A stretch of DNA of 24,000 bases, taken from assembly GCF_049200455.1 (NCBI RefSeq), contig NZ_CP185912.1; one strand, given 5' to 3'. The translations under genes and the position numbers were made by a program. Below are positions 1-10,015 of this stretch, piece by piece. A model generated the notes under the pieces. The model searched no databases. It was given only the letters and a program-made list of their open reading frames with translations, and was not told the DNA's origin. Position 1 is the first letter of the stretch. Every line of letters begins with the position of its first letter. The stretch comes from Escherichia coli (GTDB taxonomy: Bacteria > Pseudomonadota > Gammaproteobacteria > Enterobacterales > Enterobacteriaceae).

Positions 1-80
1 CCGACGTGACCATTCGTACTGATGATCAAAGCGCTAAAGTGGTTGCAAACCAGATTATTCACATGCTGGAAAGCAACTAA
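1..80 (+). CDS. aroK: shikimate kinase I, C-terminal fragment (partial, 5' end outside window)
   Basis: Open frame from position 3 reads ...DVTIRTDDQSAKVVANQIIHMLESN* with stop at 78-80, directly upstream of aroB as in the known aroKB arrangement. Confidence 0.88.
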   Translation, partial: DVTIRTDDQSAKVVANQIIHMLESN

Positions 81-136
81 TTCTGGCTTTATATACACTC
101 GTCTGCGGGTACAGTAATTAAGGTGGATGTCGCGTT

Positions 137-1225
137 ATGGAGAGGATTGTCGTTACTCTCGGGGAACGTAGTTACCCAATTACCATCGCATCTGGTTTGT
201 TTAATGAACCAGCTTCATTCTTACCGCTGAAATCGGGCGAGCAGGTCATGTTGGTCACCAACGAAACCCTGGCTCCTCTGTATCTCGATAAGGTCCGCGG
301 CGTACTTGAACAGGCGGGTGTTAACGTCGATAGCGTTATCCTCCCTGACGGCGAGCAGTATAAAAGCCTGGCTGTACTCGATACCGTCTTTACGGCGTTG
401 TTACAAAAGCCGCATGGTCGCGATACTACGCTGGTGGCGCTTGGCGGCGGCGTAGTGGGCGATCTGACCGGCTTCGCGGCGGCGAGTTATCAGCGCGGTG
501 TTCGTTTCATTCAAGTCCCGACGACGTTACTGTCGCAGGTCGATTCCTCCGTTGGCGGCAAAACTGCGGTCAACCATCCCCTCGGTAAAAACATGATTGG
601 CGCGTTCTACCAGCCTGCTTCAGTGGTGGTGGATCTCGACTGTCTGAAAACGCTTCCCCCGCGTGAGTTAGCGTCGGGGCTGGCAGAAGTCATCAAATAC
701 GGCATTATTCTTGACGGTGCGTTTTTTAACTGGCTGGAAGAGAATCTGGATGCGTTGTTGCGTCTGGACGGTCCGGCAATGGCGTACTGTATTCGCCGTT
801 GTTGTGAACTGAAGGCAGAAGTTGTCGCCGCCGACGAGCGCGAAACCGGGTTACGTGCTTTACTGAATCTGGGACACACCTTTGGTCATGCCATTGAAGC
901 TGAAATGGGGTATGGCAATTGGTTACATGGTGAAGCGGTCGCTGCGGGTATGGTGATGGCGGCGCGGACGTCGGAACGTCTCGGGCAGTTTAGTTCTGCC
1001 GAAACGCAGCGTATTATAACCCTGCTCAAGCGGGCTGGGTTACCGGTCAATGGGCCGCGCGAAATGTCCGCGCAGGCGTATTTACCGCATATGCTGCGTG
1101 ACAAGAAAGTCCTTGCGGGAGAGATACGCTTAATTCTTCCGTTGGCAATTGGTAAGAGTGAAGTTCGCAGCGGCGTTTCGCACGAGCTTGTTCTTAACGC
1201 CATTGCCGATTGTCAATCAGCGTAA
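137..1225 (+). CDS. aroB: 3-dehydroquinate synthase
   Basis: 362-aa ORF beginning [17 protein letters not shown]; contains [19 protein letters not shown] and the HxxxH-type segment [26 protein letters not shown] typical of the family. Confidence 0.98.
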   Translation: MERIVVTLGERSYPITIASGLFNEPASFLPLKSGEQVMLVTNETLAPLYLDKVRGVLEQAGVNVDSVILPDGEQYKSLAVLDTVFTALLQKPHGRDTTLVALGGGVVGDLTGFAAASYQRGVRFIQVPTTLLSQVDSSVGGKTAVNHPLGKNMIGAFYQPASVVVDLDCLKTLPPRELASGLAEVIKYGIILDGAFFNWLEENLDALLRLDGPAMAYCIRRCCELKAEVVAADERETGLRALLNLGHTFGHAIEAEMGYGNWLHGEAVAAGMVMAARTSERLGQFSSAETQRIITLLKRAGLPVNGPREMSAQAYLPHMLRDKKVLAGEIRLILPLAIGKSEVRSGVSHELVLNAIADCQSA

Positions 1226-1316
1226 CAACAAGAAAGGTCAGGCCGCTTATCAAGCGGTCTATTAGCTTCAGGTTAATTGCAACGTGGTAAGCATTAACCT
1301 TTTAGTGGGGTGTTAA

Positions 1317-2603
1317 ATGGATGAATTCAAACCAGAAGACGAGCTGAAACCCGATCCCAGCGATCGTCGTACTGGTCGTTCTCGTCAATCTTCTGAACGT
1401 TCTGAGCGTACTGAACGTGGCGAACCGCAGATCAATTTTGATGATATTGAACTTGATGACACTGACGATCGCCGTCCGACTCGTGCGCAAAAAGAGCGTA
1501 ATGAGGAACCGGAAATCGAAGCAGAAATTGACGAATCCGAAGATGAAACCGTGGATGAAGAGCGCGTAGAGCGTCGTCCGCGTAAGCGCAAAAAAGCAGC
1601 CAGTAAACCCGCTTCTCGTCAGTATATGATGATGGGCGTCGGCATTCTGGTTCTACTGCTGTTGATCATCGGTATCGGTTCTGCGCTAAAAGCCCCCTCG
1701 ACCTCTTCCAGCGATCAAACCGCGTCTGGCGAGAAGAGTATTGATCTTGCTGGCAATGCGACCGATCAGGCCAATGGCGTGCAGCCAGCGCCGGGAACCA
1801 CGTCTGCGGAAAATACTCAGCAGGATGTTTCTCTGCCGCCGATCTCTTCTACGCCGACTCAAGGGCAAACCCCGGCGGCAACGGATGGTCAACAACGTGT
1901 TGAAGTGCAGGGTGACCTGAACAATGCGCTGACCCAGCCACAAAATCAGCAACAGTTGAACAATGTGGCGGTCAATTCCACATTGCCGACCGAACCCGCG
2001 ACTGTCGCGCCTGTTCGCAATGGCAATGCATCCCGTGAAACGGCGAAAACGCAAACCGCTGAACGTCCGGCCACTACGCGTCCAGCTCGCCAGCAGGCAG
2101 TGATTGAACCGAAAAAACCGCAAGCAACCGTGAAAACGGAGCCGAAGCCGGTAGCACAGACGCCGAAGCGTACTGAACCAGCTGCCCCTGTGGCGAGCAC
2201 GAAGGCACCGGCTGCGACTTCTACGCCAGCAACAAAAGAGACGGCGACTACGGCTCCAGTACAGACGGCATCCCCGGCGCAAACCACGGCAACACCAGCC
2301 GCTGGAGGGAAGACCGCAGGTAATGTTGGTTCGTTGAAATCGGCACCGTCCAGCCATTACACTCTGCAGCTGAGCAGTTCCTCTAACTACGACAACCTGA
2401 ACGGTTGGGCGAAGAAAGAGAATCTGAAAAACTACGTTGTCTATGAAACGACGCGTAATGGTCAGCCGTGGTATGTCCTGGTTTCTGGCGTGTACGCTTC
2501 GAAAGAAGAGGCGAAAAAAGCGGTATCTACATTGCCAGCAGATGTTCAGGCCAAAAACCCGTGGGCGAAACCGCTGCGTCAGGTACAGGCCGATCTGAAG
2601 TAA
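1317..2603 (+). CDS. damX: DamX, cell-division-associated inner membrane protein with a C-terminal SPOR domain
   Basis: 428-aa ORF; highly charged N-terminus, a single TM segment ([18 protein letters not shown]), a P/A/T-rich linker and a SPOR-like C-terminus ([18 protein letters not shown]...[23 protein letters not shown]). Confidence 0.97.
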   Translation: MDEFKPEDELKPDPSDRRTGRSRQSSERSERTERGEPQINFDDIELDDTDDRRPTRAQKERNEEPEIEAEIDESEDETVDEERVERRPRKRKKAASKPASRQYMMMGVGILVLLLLIIGIGSALKAPSTSSSDQTASGEKSIDLAGNATDQANGVQPAPGTTSAENTQQDVSLPPISSTPTQGQTPAATDGQQRVEVQGDLNNALTQPQNQQQLNNVAVNSTLPTEPATVAPVRNGNASRETAKTQTAERPATTRPARQQAVIEPKKPQATVKTEPKPVAQTPKRTEPAAPVASTKAPAATSTPATKETATTAPVQTASPAQTTATPAAGGKTAGNVGSLKSAPSSHYTLQLSSSSNYDNLNGWAKKENLKNYVVYETTRNGQPWYVLVSGVYASKEEAKKAVSTLPADVQAKNPWAKPLRQVQADLK

Positions 2604-2613
2604 TCAAGGTTAT

Positions 2614-2641
2614 CTCCCGCAATGGTTTATCGTTGCGGGAG
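2614..2641. promoter_or_regulatory. intercistronic inverted repeat between damX and dam
   Basis: CTCCCGCAA (2614-2622) / TTGCGGGAG (2633-2641), 9-bp perfect arms, 10-nt loop, no following T-run. Confidence 0.5.
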
Positions 2642-2709
2642 TTGCCTGAAGCGCTGGATGCTGTCGGAGCTTTCTCCACAGCCGGAGAAGGTGTAATTAG
2701 TTAGTCAGC

Positions 2710-3546
2710 ATGAAGAAAAATCGCGCTTTTTTGAAGTGGGCAGGGGGCAAGTATCCCCTGCTTGATGATATTAAACGGCATTTGCCCAAGGGCGAATGTC
2801 TGGTTGAGCCTTTTGTAGGTGCCGGGTCGGTGTTTCTCAACACCGACTTTTCTCGTTATATCCTTGCCGATATCAATAGCGACCTGATCAGTCTCTATAA
2901 CATTGTGAAGATGCGTACTGATGAGTACGTACAGGCCGCACGCGAGCTGTTTGTTCCCGAAACAAATTGCGCCGAGGTTTACTATCAGTTCCGCGAAGAG
3001 TTCAACAAAAGCCAGGATCCGTTCCGTCGGGCGGTACTGTTTTTATATTTGAACCGCTACGGTTACAACGGCCTGTGTCGTTACAATCTGCGCGGTGAGT
3101 TTAACGTGCCGTTTGGCCGCTACAAAAAACCCTATTTCCCGGAAGCAGAGTTGTATCACTTCGCTGAAAAAGCGCAGAATGCCTTTTTCTATTGTGAGTC
3201 TTACGCCGATAGCATGGCGCGCGCAGATGATGCATCCGTCGTCTATTGCGATCCGCCTTATGCACCGCTGTCTGCGACCGCCAACTTTACGGCGTATCAC
3301 ACAAACAGTTTTACGCTTGAACAACAAGCGCATCTGGCGGAGATCGCCGAAGGTCTGGTTGAGCGCCATATTCCTGTGCTGATCTCCAATCACGATACGA
3401 TGTTAACGCGTGAGTGGTATCAGCGCGCAAAATTGCATGTCGTCAAAGTTCGACGCAGTATAAGCAGCAACGGCGGCACACGTAAAAAGGTGGACGAACT
3501 GCTGGCTTTGTACAAACCAGGAGTCGTTTCACCCGCGAAAAAATAA
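2710..3546 (+). CDS. dam: DNA adenine methyltransferase (GATC)
   Basis: 278-aa [29 protein letters not shown]...; contains [10 protein letters not shown] and the DPPY motif ([12 protein letters not shown]). Confidence 0.98.
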
Positions 3547-3563
3547 TTCTCAAGGAGAAGCGG

Positions 3564-4241
3564 ATGAAACAGTATTTGATTGCCCCCTCAATTCTGTCGG
3601 CTGATTTTGCCCGCCTGGGTGAAGATACCGCAAAAGCCCTGGCAGCTGGCGCTGATGTCGTGCATTTTGACGTCATGGATAACCACTATGTTCCCAATCT
3701 GACGATTGGGCCAATGGTGCTGAAATCCTTGCGTAACTACGGCATTACCGCCCCTATCGACGTACACCTGATGGTGAAACCTGTCGATCGCATTGTGCCT
3801 GATTTCGCTGCCGCTGGTGCCAGCATCATTACCTTTCATCCAGAAGCCTCCGAGCATGTTGACCGCACGCTGCAACTGATTAAAGAAAATGGCTGTAAAG
3901 CGGGACTGGTATTTAACCCGGCGACACCGCTGAGCTATCTGGATTACGTGATGGATAAGCTGGATGTGATCCTGCTGATGTCCGTCAATCCTGGTTTCGG
4001 CGGTCAGTCGTTCATTCCTCAAACACTGGATAAACTGCGCGAAGTACGTCGTCGTATCGACGAGTCTGGCTTTGACATTCGTCTGGAAGTAGACGGTGGC
4101 GTGAAGGTGAACAACATTGGCGAAATCGCTGCGGCGGGCGCGGATATGTTCGTCGCCGGTTCGGCAATCTTCGACCAGCCAGACTACAAAAAAGTCATTG
4201 ATGAAATGCGCAGTGAACTGGCAAAGGTAAGTCATGAATAA
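3564..4241 (+). CDS. rpe: ribulose-phosphate 3-epimerase
   Basis: 225-aa [29 protein letters not shown]; [12 protein letters not shown] and [13 protein letters not shown] motifs. Confidence 0.98.
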   Translation: MKQYLIAPSILSADFARLGEDTAKALAAGADVVHFDVMDNHYVPNLTIGPMVLKSLRNYGITAPIDVHLMVKPVDRIVPDFAAAGASIITFHPEASEHVDRTLQLIKENGCKAGLVFNPATPLSYLDYVMDKLDVILLMSVNPGFGGQSFIPQTLDKLREVRRRIDESGFDIRLEVDGGVKVNNIGEIAAAGADMFVAGSAIFDQPDYKKVIDEMRSELAKVSHE

Positions 4242-4992
4242 GTTTGAAGATATTCGCGGCGTCGCTTTTGATCTTGATGGTACGCTGGTCGACAGTGCTC
4301 CCGGTCTTGCTGCTGCGGTAGATATGGCGCTGTATGCGCTGGAGTTGCCCGTCGCAGGTGAAGAACGCGTTATTACCTGGATTGGTAACGGCGCAGATGT
4401 TCTGATGGAGCGCGCATTGACCTGGGCGCGTCAGGAACGTGCGACTCAGCGTAAAACAATGGGTAAACCGCCCGTTGATGACGACATTCCGGCAGAAGAA
4501 CAGGTACGTATTCTGCGTAAACTGTTCGATCGCTACTATGGCGAGGTTGCCGAAGAGGGGACGTTTTTGTTCCCGCACGCTGCCGATACGTTGGGCGCGT
4601 TGCAGGCTAAAGGCCTGCCGCTAGGCCTGGTCACCAACAAACCGACGCCGTTCGTCGCGCCGCTGCTCGAAGCCTTAGATATTGCCAAATACTTTAGCGT
4701 GGTTATCGGCGGCGATGATGTGCAAAACAAAAAACCTCATCCGGACCCGCTGTTACTGGTGGCTGAGCGGATGGGAATTGCCCCACAACAGATGCTGTTT
4801 GTCGGCGACTCACGCAATGATATTCAGGCGGCAAAAGCGGCAGGTTGCCCATCCGTTGGCTTAACCTACGGATATAACTACGGCGAGGCTATCGATCTCA
4901 GCCAGCCTGATGTAATTTATCAGTCTATAAATGACCTTCTGCCCGCATTAGGGCTTCCGCATAGCGAAAATCAGGAATCGAAAAATGACTAA
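4234..4992 (+). CDS. gph: phosphoglycolate phosphatase (HAD superfamily)
   Basis: 252-aa ORF with N-terminal HAD motif [10 protein letters not shown] and [16 protein letters not shown]; starts 8 nt inside rpe. Confidence 0.97.
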   Translation: MNKFEDIRGVAFDLDGTLVDSAPGLAAAVDMALYALELPVAGEERVITWIGNGADVLMERALTWARQERATQRKTMGKPPVDDDIPAEEQVRILRKLFDRYYGEVAEEGTFLFPHAADTLGALQAKGLPLGLVTNKPTPFVAPLLEALDIAKYFSVVIGGDDVQNKKPHPDPLLLVAERMGIAPQQMLFVGDSRNDIQAAKAAGCPSVGLTYGYNYGEAIDLSQPDVIYQSINDLLPALGLPHSENQESKND

Positions 4993-5989
4993 GCCCATCG
5001 TTTTTAGTGGCGCACAGCCCTCAGGTGAATTGACCATTGGTAACTACATGGGTGCGCTGCGTCAGTGGGTAAACATGCAGGATGACTACCATTGCATTTA
5101 CTGTATCGTTGACCAACACGCGATCACCGTGCGCCAGGATGCACAGAAGCTGCGTAAAGCGACGCTGGATACGCTGGCCTTGTATCTGGCTTGTGGTATC
5201 GATCCTGAGAAAAGCACCATTTTTGTTCAGTCCCACGTACCAGAACATGCGCAGTTAGGCTGGGCACTGAACTGCTATACCTACTTCGGCGAACTGAGCC
5301 GCATGACCCAGTTTAAAGATAAATCTGCGCGTTATGCCGAGAACATCAACGCTGGTCTGTTTGACTATCCGGTGCTGATGGCTGCGGACATCCTGCTGTA
5401 TCAAACTAATCTGGTACCGGTGGGTGAAGACCAGAAACAGCACCTGGAACTGAGTCGCGATATCGCCCAGCGTTTCAACGCGCTGTATGGCGAGATCTTT
5501 AAGGTGCCGGAGCCGTTTATTCCGAAATCTGGCGCGCGCGTAATGTCGCTGCTGGAGCCGACCAAGAAGATGTCCAAGTCTGACGATAACCGCAATAACG
5601 TTATCGGCCTGCTGGAAGATCCGAAATCGGTAGTGAAGAAAATCAAACGCGCGGTCACTGACTCCGACGAGCCGCCGGTAGTTCGCTACGATGTGCAGAA
5701 CAAAGCGGGCGTTTCCAACCTGCTGGATATCCTTTCTGCGGTAACGGGCCAGAGCATCCCAGAACTGGAAAAACAGTTCGAAGGCAAGATGTATGGTCAT
5801 CTGAAAGGTGAAGTGGCTGATGCCGTTTCCGGTATGCTGACTGAATTGCAGGAACGCTATCATCGTTTCCGCAACGATGAAGCCTTCCTGCAACAGGTGA
5901 TGAAAGACGGCGCAGAAAAAGCCAGTGTACACGCTTCCCGTACGCTGAAAGCGGTGTACGAAGCGATTGGTTTTGTGGCGAAGCCGTAA
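4985..5989 (+). CDS. trpS: tryptophanyl-tRNA synthetase
   Basis: 334-aa [31 protein letters not shown]; class I motif TIGN and KMSKS ([10 protein letters not shown]). Confidence 0.98.
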   Translation: MTKPIVFSGAQPSGELTIGNYMGALRQWVNMQDDYHCIYCIVDQHAITVRQDAQKLRKATLDTLALYLACGIDPEKSTIFVQSHVPEHAQLGWALNCYTYFGELSRMTQFKDKSARYAENINAGLFDYPVLMAADILLYQTNLVPVGEDQKQHLELSRDIAQRFNALYGEIFKVPEPFIPKSGARVMSLLEPTKKMSKSDDNRNNVIGLLEDPKSVVKKIKRAVTDSDEPPVVRYDVQNKAGVSNLLDILSAVTGQSIPELEKQFEGKMYGHLKGEVADAVSGMLTELQERYHRFRNDEAFLQQVMKDGAEKASVHASRTLKAVYEAIGFVAKP

Positions 5990-6004
5990 TATCAAAACGC
6001 TCGG

Positions 6005-6047
6005 ACGGTCCCCTCGCCCCTTTGGGGAGAGGGTTAGGGTGAGGGGA
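6005..6047. repeat. GC-rich intergenic repeat copy 1 (BoxC-like; name from memory)
   Basis: 43-bp ACGGTCCCCTCGCCCCTTTGGGGAGAGGGTTAGGGTGAGGGGA, identical to 13704-13746; internal pairing CCCCTC...GAGGGG and CCCC-TTT-GGGG. Confidence 0.75.
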
Positions 6048-6115
6048 GCAGGCAAGCGCCAGTGGGAATTACCCTTTGCTCGCATTGTCGAATAAATCAC
6101 TTCGTCATCACTCTG

Positions 6116-6139
6116 AAACCGGGGAAACCCGGTTTTTTT
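6116..6139 (+). terminator. rho-independent terminator downstream of trpS
   Basis: AAACCGGG-GAAA-CCCGGTTT followed by TTTT; GNRA-type loop, 127 nt after the trpS stop. Confidence 0.88.
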
Positions 6140-6207
6140 ATCCTCATTTGCAATAATCCGAAAAAATGTGAAGCGCCTCGCCGTTTCCACATCTCACAGT
6201 TGCCACT

Positions 6208-6229
6208 TATCTTCATTTTAATGAAGATA
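6208..6229. promoter_or_regulatory. palindrome upstream of yhfZ, candidate operator
   Basis: Perfect TATCTTCATT-TT-AATGAAGATA, overlapping the start of a TATAAA hexamer (6228-6233), 28 nt upstream of the yhfZ start. Confidence 0.45.
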
Positions 6230-6257
6230 TAAACATTCATTTTATTGAAAATATATT

Positions 6258-7163
6258 ATGCGTCGAACGTTTATCAAAAAAGAAGGCGTCGTTATCACGA
6301 CGCTGGCCCGTTATTTGTTGGGTGAAAAATGCGGTAATAGGTTGAAAACCATAGATGAGCTGGCAACTGAATGCCGTTCATCGGTTGGCCTGACGCAGGC
6401 CGCGTTGAAAACGCTGGAATCAAGCGGAGCGATACGGATTGAACGCCGTGGGCGCAATGGCAGTTATCTGGTCGAGATGGATAACAAAGCATTGCTGAGT
6501 CATGTGGATATCAACAACGTGGTATGTGCGATGCCTTTGCCCTATACCCGCTTGTACGAAGGTTTAGCGAGCGGGCTGAAAGCTCAGTTTGATGGCATTC
6601 CTTTTTACTATGCGCATATGCGCGGCGCGGATATTCGCGTGGAGTGTTTACTTAACGGCGTGTATGACATGGCGGTGGTTTCCCGACTGGCGGCGGAAAG
6701 TTATCTCACGCAAAAAGGGTTATGCCTCGCGCTGGAGTTGGGGCCGCACACCTACGTTGGCGAGCACCAGTTGATTTGCCGTAAAGGCGAGTCCGCAAAC
6801 GTGAAGCGCGTGGGGCTGGATAACCGTTCGGCGGATCAGAAAATCATGACCGATGTTTTTTTTGGCGGTAGTGATGTGGAACGAGTCGATCTCTCTTATC
6901 ACGAGAGTTTACAACGCATTGTTAAAGGCGATGTCGATGCGGTGATCTGGAACGTGGTGGCGGAAAACGAACTGACCATGCTGGGATTAGAGGCGACGCC
7001 GCTCACAGACGATCCGCGATTTTTACAGGCCACCGAAGCCGTGGTCCTGACGCGAGTCGATGATTACCCAATGCAACAACTGCTGCGTGCCGTTGTAGAT
7101 AAACACGCCCTGCTCGCCCATCAACAACGGGTAGTGAGTGGGGAACAGGAACCGAGTTATTAA
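6258..7163 (+). CDS. yhfZ: YhfZ, putative transcriptional regulator with an N-terminal winged HTH and a C-terminal ligand-binding-like domain
   Basis: 301-aa ORF; LKTIDELATECRSSVGLTQAALKTLESSGAIRIERRGRNGSYL reads as a GntR-like HTH; the C-terminus resembles a solute-binding fold. Confidence 0.9.
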   Translation: MRRTFIKKEGVVITTLARYLLGEKCGNRLKTIDELATECRSSVGLTQAALKTLESSGAIRIERRGRNGSYLVEMDNKALLSHVDINNVVCAMPLPYTRLYEGLASGLKAQFDGIPFYYAHMRGADIRVECLLNGVYDMAVVSRLAAESYLTQKGLCLALELGPHTYVGEHQLICRKGESANVKRVGLDNRSADQKIMTDVFFGGSDVERVDLSYHESLQRIVKGDVDAVIWNVVAENELTMLGLEATPLTDDPRFLQATEAVVLTRVDDYPMQQLLRAVVDKHALLAHQQRVVSGEQEPSY

Positions 7164-7179
7164 ACGAAAGGCATCTGAT

Positions 7180-7542
7180 ATGGAAACCAGACTCAACCTG
7201 CTTTGCGAGGCAGGCGTTATTGATAAGGACATCTGCAAAGGCATGATGCAGGTCGTCAACGTACTGGAAACAGAGTGCCATCTGCCGGTGCGCAGTGAGC
7301 AAGGAACGATGGCGATGACACATATGGCGAGTGCACTGATGCGCAGTCGCCGTGGTGAAGAAATAGAGCCGCTGGATAACGAATTGCTGGCAGAGCTGGC
7401 GCAATCCAGCCACTGGCAAGCCGTTGTGCAATTGCATCAGGTGTTGTTGAAGGAATTCGCACTGGAAGTTAACCCGTGTGAAGAAGGCTATTTGCTGGCC
7501 AACCTTTATGGATTATGGATGGCTGCTAACGAAGAGGTTTGA
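7180..7542 (+). CDS. yhfY: YhfY, PRD-domain-like protein
   Basis: 120-aa product from METRLNLLCEAGVIDKDICKGMM (ATG at 7180, after GAAAGG); the 134-aa ORF of the track uses an upstream ATG that overlaps yhfZ. Confidence 0.87.
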   Translation: METRLNLLCEAGVIDKDICKGMMQVVNVLETECHLPVRSEQGTMAMTHMASALMRSRRGEEIEPLDNELLAELAQSSHWQAVVQLHQVLLKEFALEVNPCEEGYLLANLYGLWMAANEEV

Positions 7543-7571
7543 AGCTCCTGACAAATCCACGTCGCACAACC

Positions 7572-7597
7572 TAAATATTCAAAAAAATGAATATTTA
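7572..7597. promoter_or_regulatory. inverted repeat in the yhfY-yhfX gap
   Basis: TAAATATTCA (7572-7581) - AAAAAA - TGAATATTTA (7588-7597), perfect 10-bp arms. Confidence 0.4.
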
Positions 7598-7625
7598 ATT
7601 CAAGGAACAGAAACGAGGCAACAAG

Positions 7626-8789
7626 ATGTTTGTAGAAGCATTGAAACGCCAGAACCCGGCGCTGATTTCCGCCGCACTAAGTTTGTGGCAGCAGGGCAAG
7701 ATCGCCCCGGACAGCTGGGTGATCGACGTGGATCAGGTACTGGAAAACGGTAAGCGACTGATTGAGACGGCGCGGCTTTACGGCATTGAACTGTATCTGA
7801 TGACCAAGCAGTTTGGCCGTAACCCATGGCTGGCGGAAAAATTGCTGGCATTAGGTTACAGCGGCATTGTGGCGGTGGATTACAAAGAGGCGCGAGTCAT
7901 GCGCCGCGCTGGTTTGTCGGTGGCGCATCAGGGGCATCTGGTACAAATCCCTTGTCATCAGGTTGCTGACGCCGTTGAACAGGGCACCGACGTCATCACC
8001 GTGTTTACTCTCGACAAAGCGCGGGAAGTTTCTGCGGCAGCGGTGAAGGCCGGACGTGTGCAGTTTGTGCTGCTCAAAGTTTATAGCGACGATGATTTTC
8101 TTTATCCGGGGCAGGAGAGCGGTTTTGTACAGCATTCGCTGCACGAGGTGGTTGCTGAAATTAAGAAACTGCCGGGGCTGCATTTAGCCGGACTTACCCA
8201 TTTCCCTTGCCTGCTTTGGGATGAGGCTGCCGGAAAAGTTTTGCCGACACCAAATCTTCACACGCTGATACAGGCACGGGATCAACTGGCGAAATCTGGT
8301 ATTGCACTTGAGCAACTGAACGCGCCTTCAGCGACCAGCTGCACTTCGCTGCCATTGCTGGCGGAATACGGTGTGACTCATGCCGAACCCGGTCATGCGC
8401 TGACGGGCACTATTCCGGCAAACCAGCAGGGCGATCAGCCTGAACGTATCGCGATGCTCTGGTTAAGTGAAATCTCCCATCATTTCCGTGGCGACAGCTA
8501 CTGCTACGGCGGCGGTTACTACCGTCGTGGTCATGCGCAACATGCGCTGGTGTTTACGCCAGAAAATCAAAAGATTACTGAAACCAATCTCAAAACTGTG
8601 GATGACAGCAGTATCGACTACACCCTGCCGCTGGCAGGCGAGTATCCGGTGAGCAGTGCAGTGGTGCTCTGTTTCCGCACGCAGATTTTTGTCACCCGTA
8701 GCGATGTGGTGCTGGTGTCCGGTATTCACCGTGGCGAACCGAAAATCGTTGGTCGTTATGACAGTCTTGGAAACTCTCTGGGGGCGTAA
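7626..8789 (+). CDS. yhfX: YhfX, putative PLP-dependent enzyme of alanine racemase/D-threonine-aldolase-like (fold III) type
   Basis: 387-aa ORF; [15 protein letters not shown]...[33 protein letters not shown] fits the N-terminal barrel with a candidate PLP lysine in TKQFGRNP. Confidence 0.9.
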   Translation: MFVEALKRQNPALISAALSLWQQGKIAPDSWVIDVDQVLENGKRLIETARLYGIELYLMTKQFGRNPWLAEKLLALGYSGIVAVDYKEARVMRRAGLSVAHQGHLVQIPCHQVADAVEQGTDVITVFTLDKAREVSAAAVKAGRVQFVLLKVYSDDDFLYPGQESGFVQHSLHEVVAEIKKLPGLHLAGLTHFPCLLWDEAAGKVLPTPNLHTLIQARDQLAKSGIALEQLNAPSATSCTSLPLLAEYGVTHAEPGHALTGTIPANQQGDQPERIAMLWLSEISHHFRGDSYCYGGGYYRRGHAQHALVFTPENQKITETNLKTVDDSSIDYTLPLAGEYPVSSAVVLCFRTQIFVTRSDVVLVSGIHRGEPKIVGRYDSLGNSLGA

Positions 8790-10015
8790 TGGCGCGATTT
8801 GTGGTGTTAGTGATCGATAGCTTTGGCGTAGGGGCAATGAAAGATGTCACGCTGGTGCGTCCGCAGGATGCCGGGGCGAATACCTGTGGTCACATCCTGA
8901 GCCAGTTGCCGCATTTGCAGCTACCAACGCTGGAGAAACTGGGGCTAATCAACGCATTGGGTTATGCGCCAGGCGATATGCAGCCGTCAGATTCCGCAAC
9001 CTGGGGCGTGGCAGAGCTGCAACATGAAGGTGGCGATACCTTTATGGGGCATCAGGAAATTTTAGGCACGCGCCCGTTACCGCCGCTGCGGATGCCCTTT
9101 CGCGATGTGATTGACCGTGTTGAGCAGGCATTAGTTTCCGCTGGCTGGCAGGTGGAGCGCCGTGGCGATGATCTGCAATTTCTGTGGGTCAATCAGGCGG
9201 TTGCGATTGGCGATAATCTCGAGGCGGATTTAGGCCAGGTCTATAACATTACCGCCAATCTCTCTGTGATCTCTTTTGACGACGCAATCAAAATTGGTCG
9301 TATCGTGCGTGAGCAGGTACAGGTCGGTCGGATCATTACATTTGGTGGCCTGTTAACCGACAGTCAACGCATTCTCGATGCCGCAGAAAGCAAAGAAGGG
9401 CGCTTTATTGGTATCAATGCGCCGCGTTCTGGCGCTTATGACAACGGTTTCCAGGTCGTGCATATGGGCTATGGCGTCGATGAAAAAGTGCAGGTGCCAC
9501 AAAAACTGTATGAAGCAGGCGTGCCAACCGTGCTGGTGGGTAAGGTGGCAGATATCGTCAACAATCCTTATGGCGTGAGCTGGCAAAATCTGGTGGATAG
9601 CCAGCGGATTATGGATATCACCCTCGACGAATTTATCACCCATCAGACAGCGTTTATTTGCACCAACATTCAGGAAACCGACCTCGCTGGTCACGCAGAA
9701 GACGTCGCACGTTATGCCGAACGTTTGCAGGTCGTTGACCGTAATCTTGCTCTCCTGGTTGAGGCGATGCAGCCAGATGACTGCCTGATCGTCATGGCTG
9801 ATCATGGTAACGACCCGACAATCGGTCACAGCCACCATACCCGCGAAGTGGTGCCAGTGCTGGTTTATCAGCAAGGCCTGGCTGCTACTCAGCTAGGTGT
9901 GCGCACCACGCTTTCAGATGTGGGGGCTACCGTGTGTGAATTTTTCCGTGCGCCACCGCCACAAAATGGTCGCTCTTTTCTTTCCTCCCTCCGGTTTGCA
10001 GGAGACACCCTATGA
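8789..10015 (+). CDS. yhfW: YhfW, phosphopentomutase-like metalloenzyme superfamily protein
   Basis: 408-aa ORF starting [20 protein letters not shown], with [11 protein letters not shown] and [25 protein letters not shown], resembling DeoB metal-site motifs; start overlaps the yhfX stop (TAATG). Confidence 0.92.
   Translation: MARFVVLVIDSFGVGAMKDVTLVRPQDAGANTCGHILSQLPHLQLPTLEKLGLINALGYAPGDMQPSDSATWGVAELQHEGGDTFMGHQEILGTRPLPPLRMPFRDVIDRVEQALVSAGWQVERRGDDLQFLWVNQAVAIGDNLEADLGQVYNITANLSVISFDDAIKIGRIVREQVQVGRIITFGGLLTDSQRILDAAESKEGRFIGINAPRSGAYDNGFQVVHMGYGVDEKVQVPQKLYEAGVPTVLVGKVADIVNNPYGVSWQNLVDSQRIMDITLDEFITHQTAFICTNIQETDLAGHAEDVARYAERLQVVDRNLALLVEAMQPDDCLIVMADHGNDPTIGHSHHTREVVPVLVYQQGLAATQLGVRTTLSDVGATVCEFFRAPPPQNGRSFLSSLRFAGDTL

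Noticed and set aside
1243-1257. Hairpin CCGCTT-ATC-AAGCGG after aroB as a terminator
   Set aside because: Short 6-bp stem followed by TCTATTAG without a T-run, and damX is co-oriented downstream; too weak to call.
1686-2357. 223-aa - strand ORF antisense to damX
   Set aside because: Arises from the low-complexity P/A/T-rich linker of DamX; Arg/Cys-rich nonsense composition.
5255-6190. 311-aa - strand ORF antisense to trpS that runs through the repeat and terminator
   Set aside because: Overlaps trpS and reads through the BoxC-like repeat (PLTLTLSPKGRGD, a common spurious translation of this repeat); no independent support.
7478-7753. 91-aa + strand ORF spanning the yhfY end and yhfX start
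   Set aside because: Out of frame with two supported genes and not preceded by a convincing ribosome-binding site.
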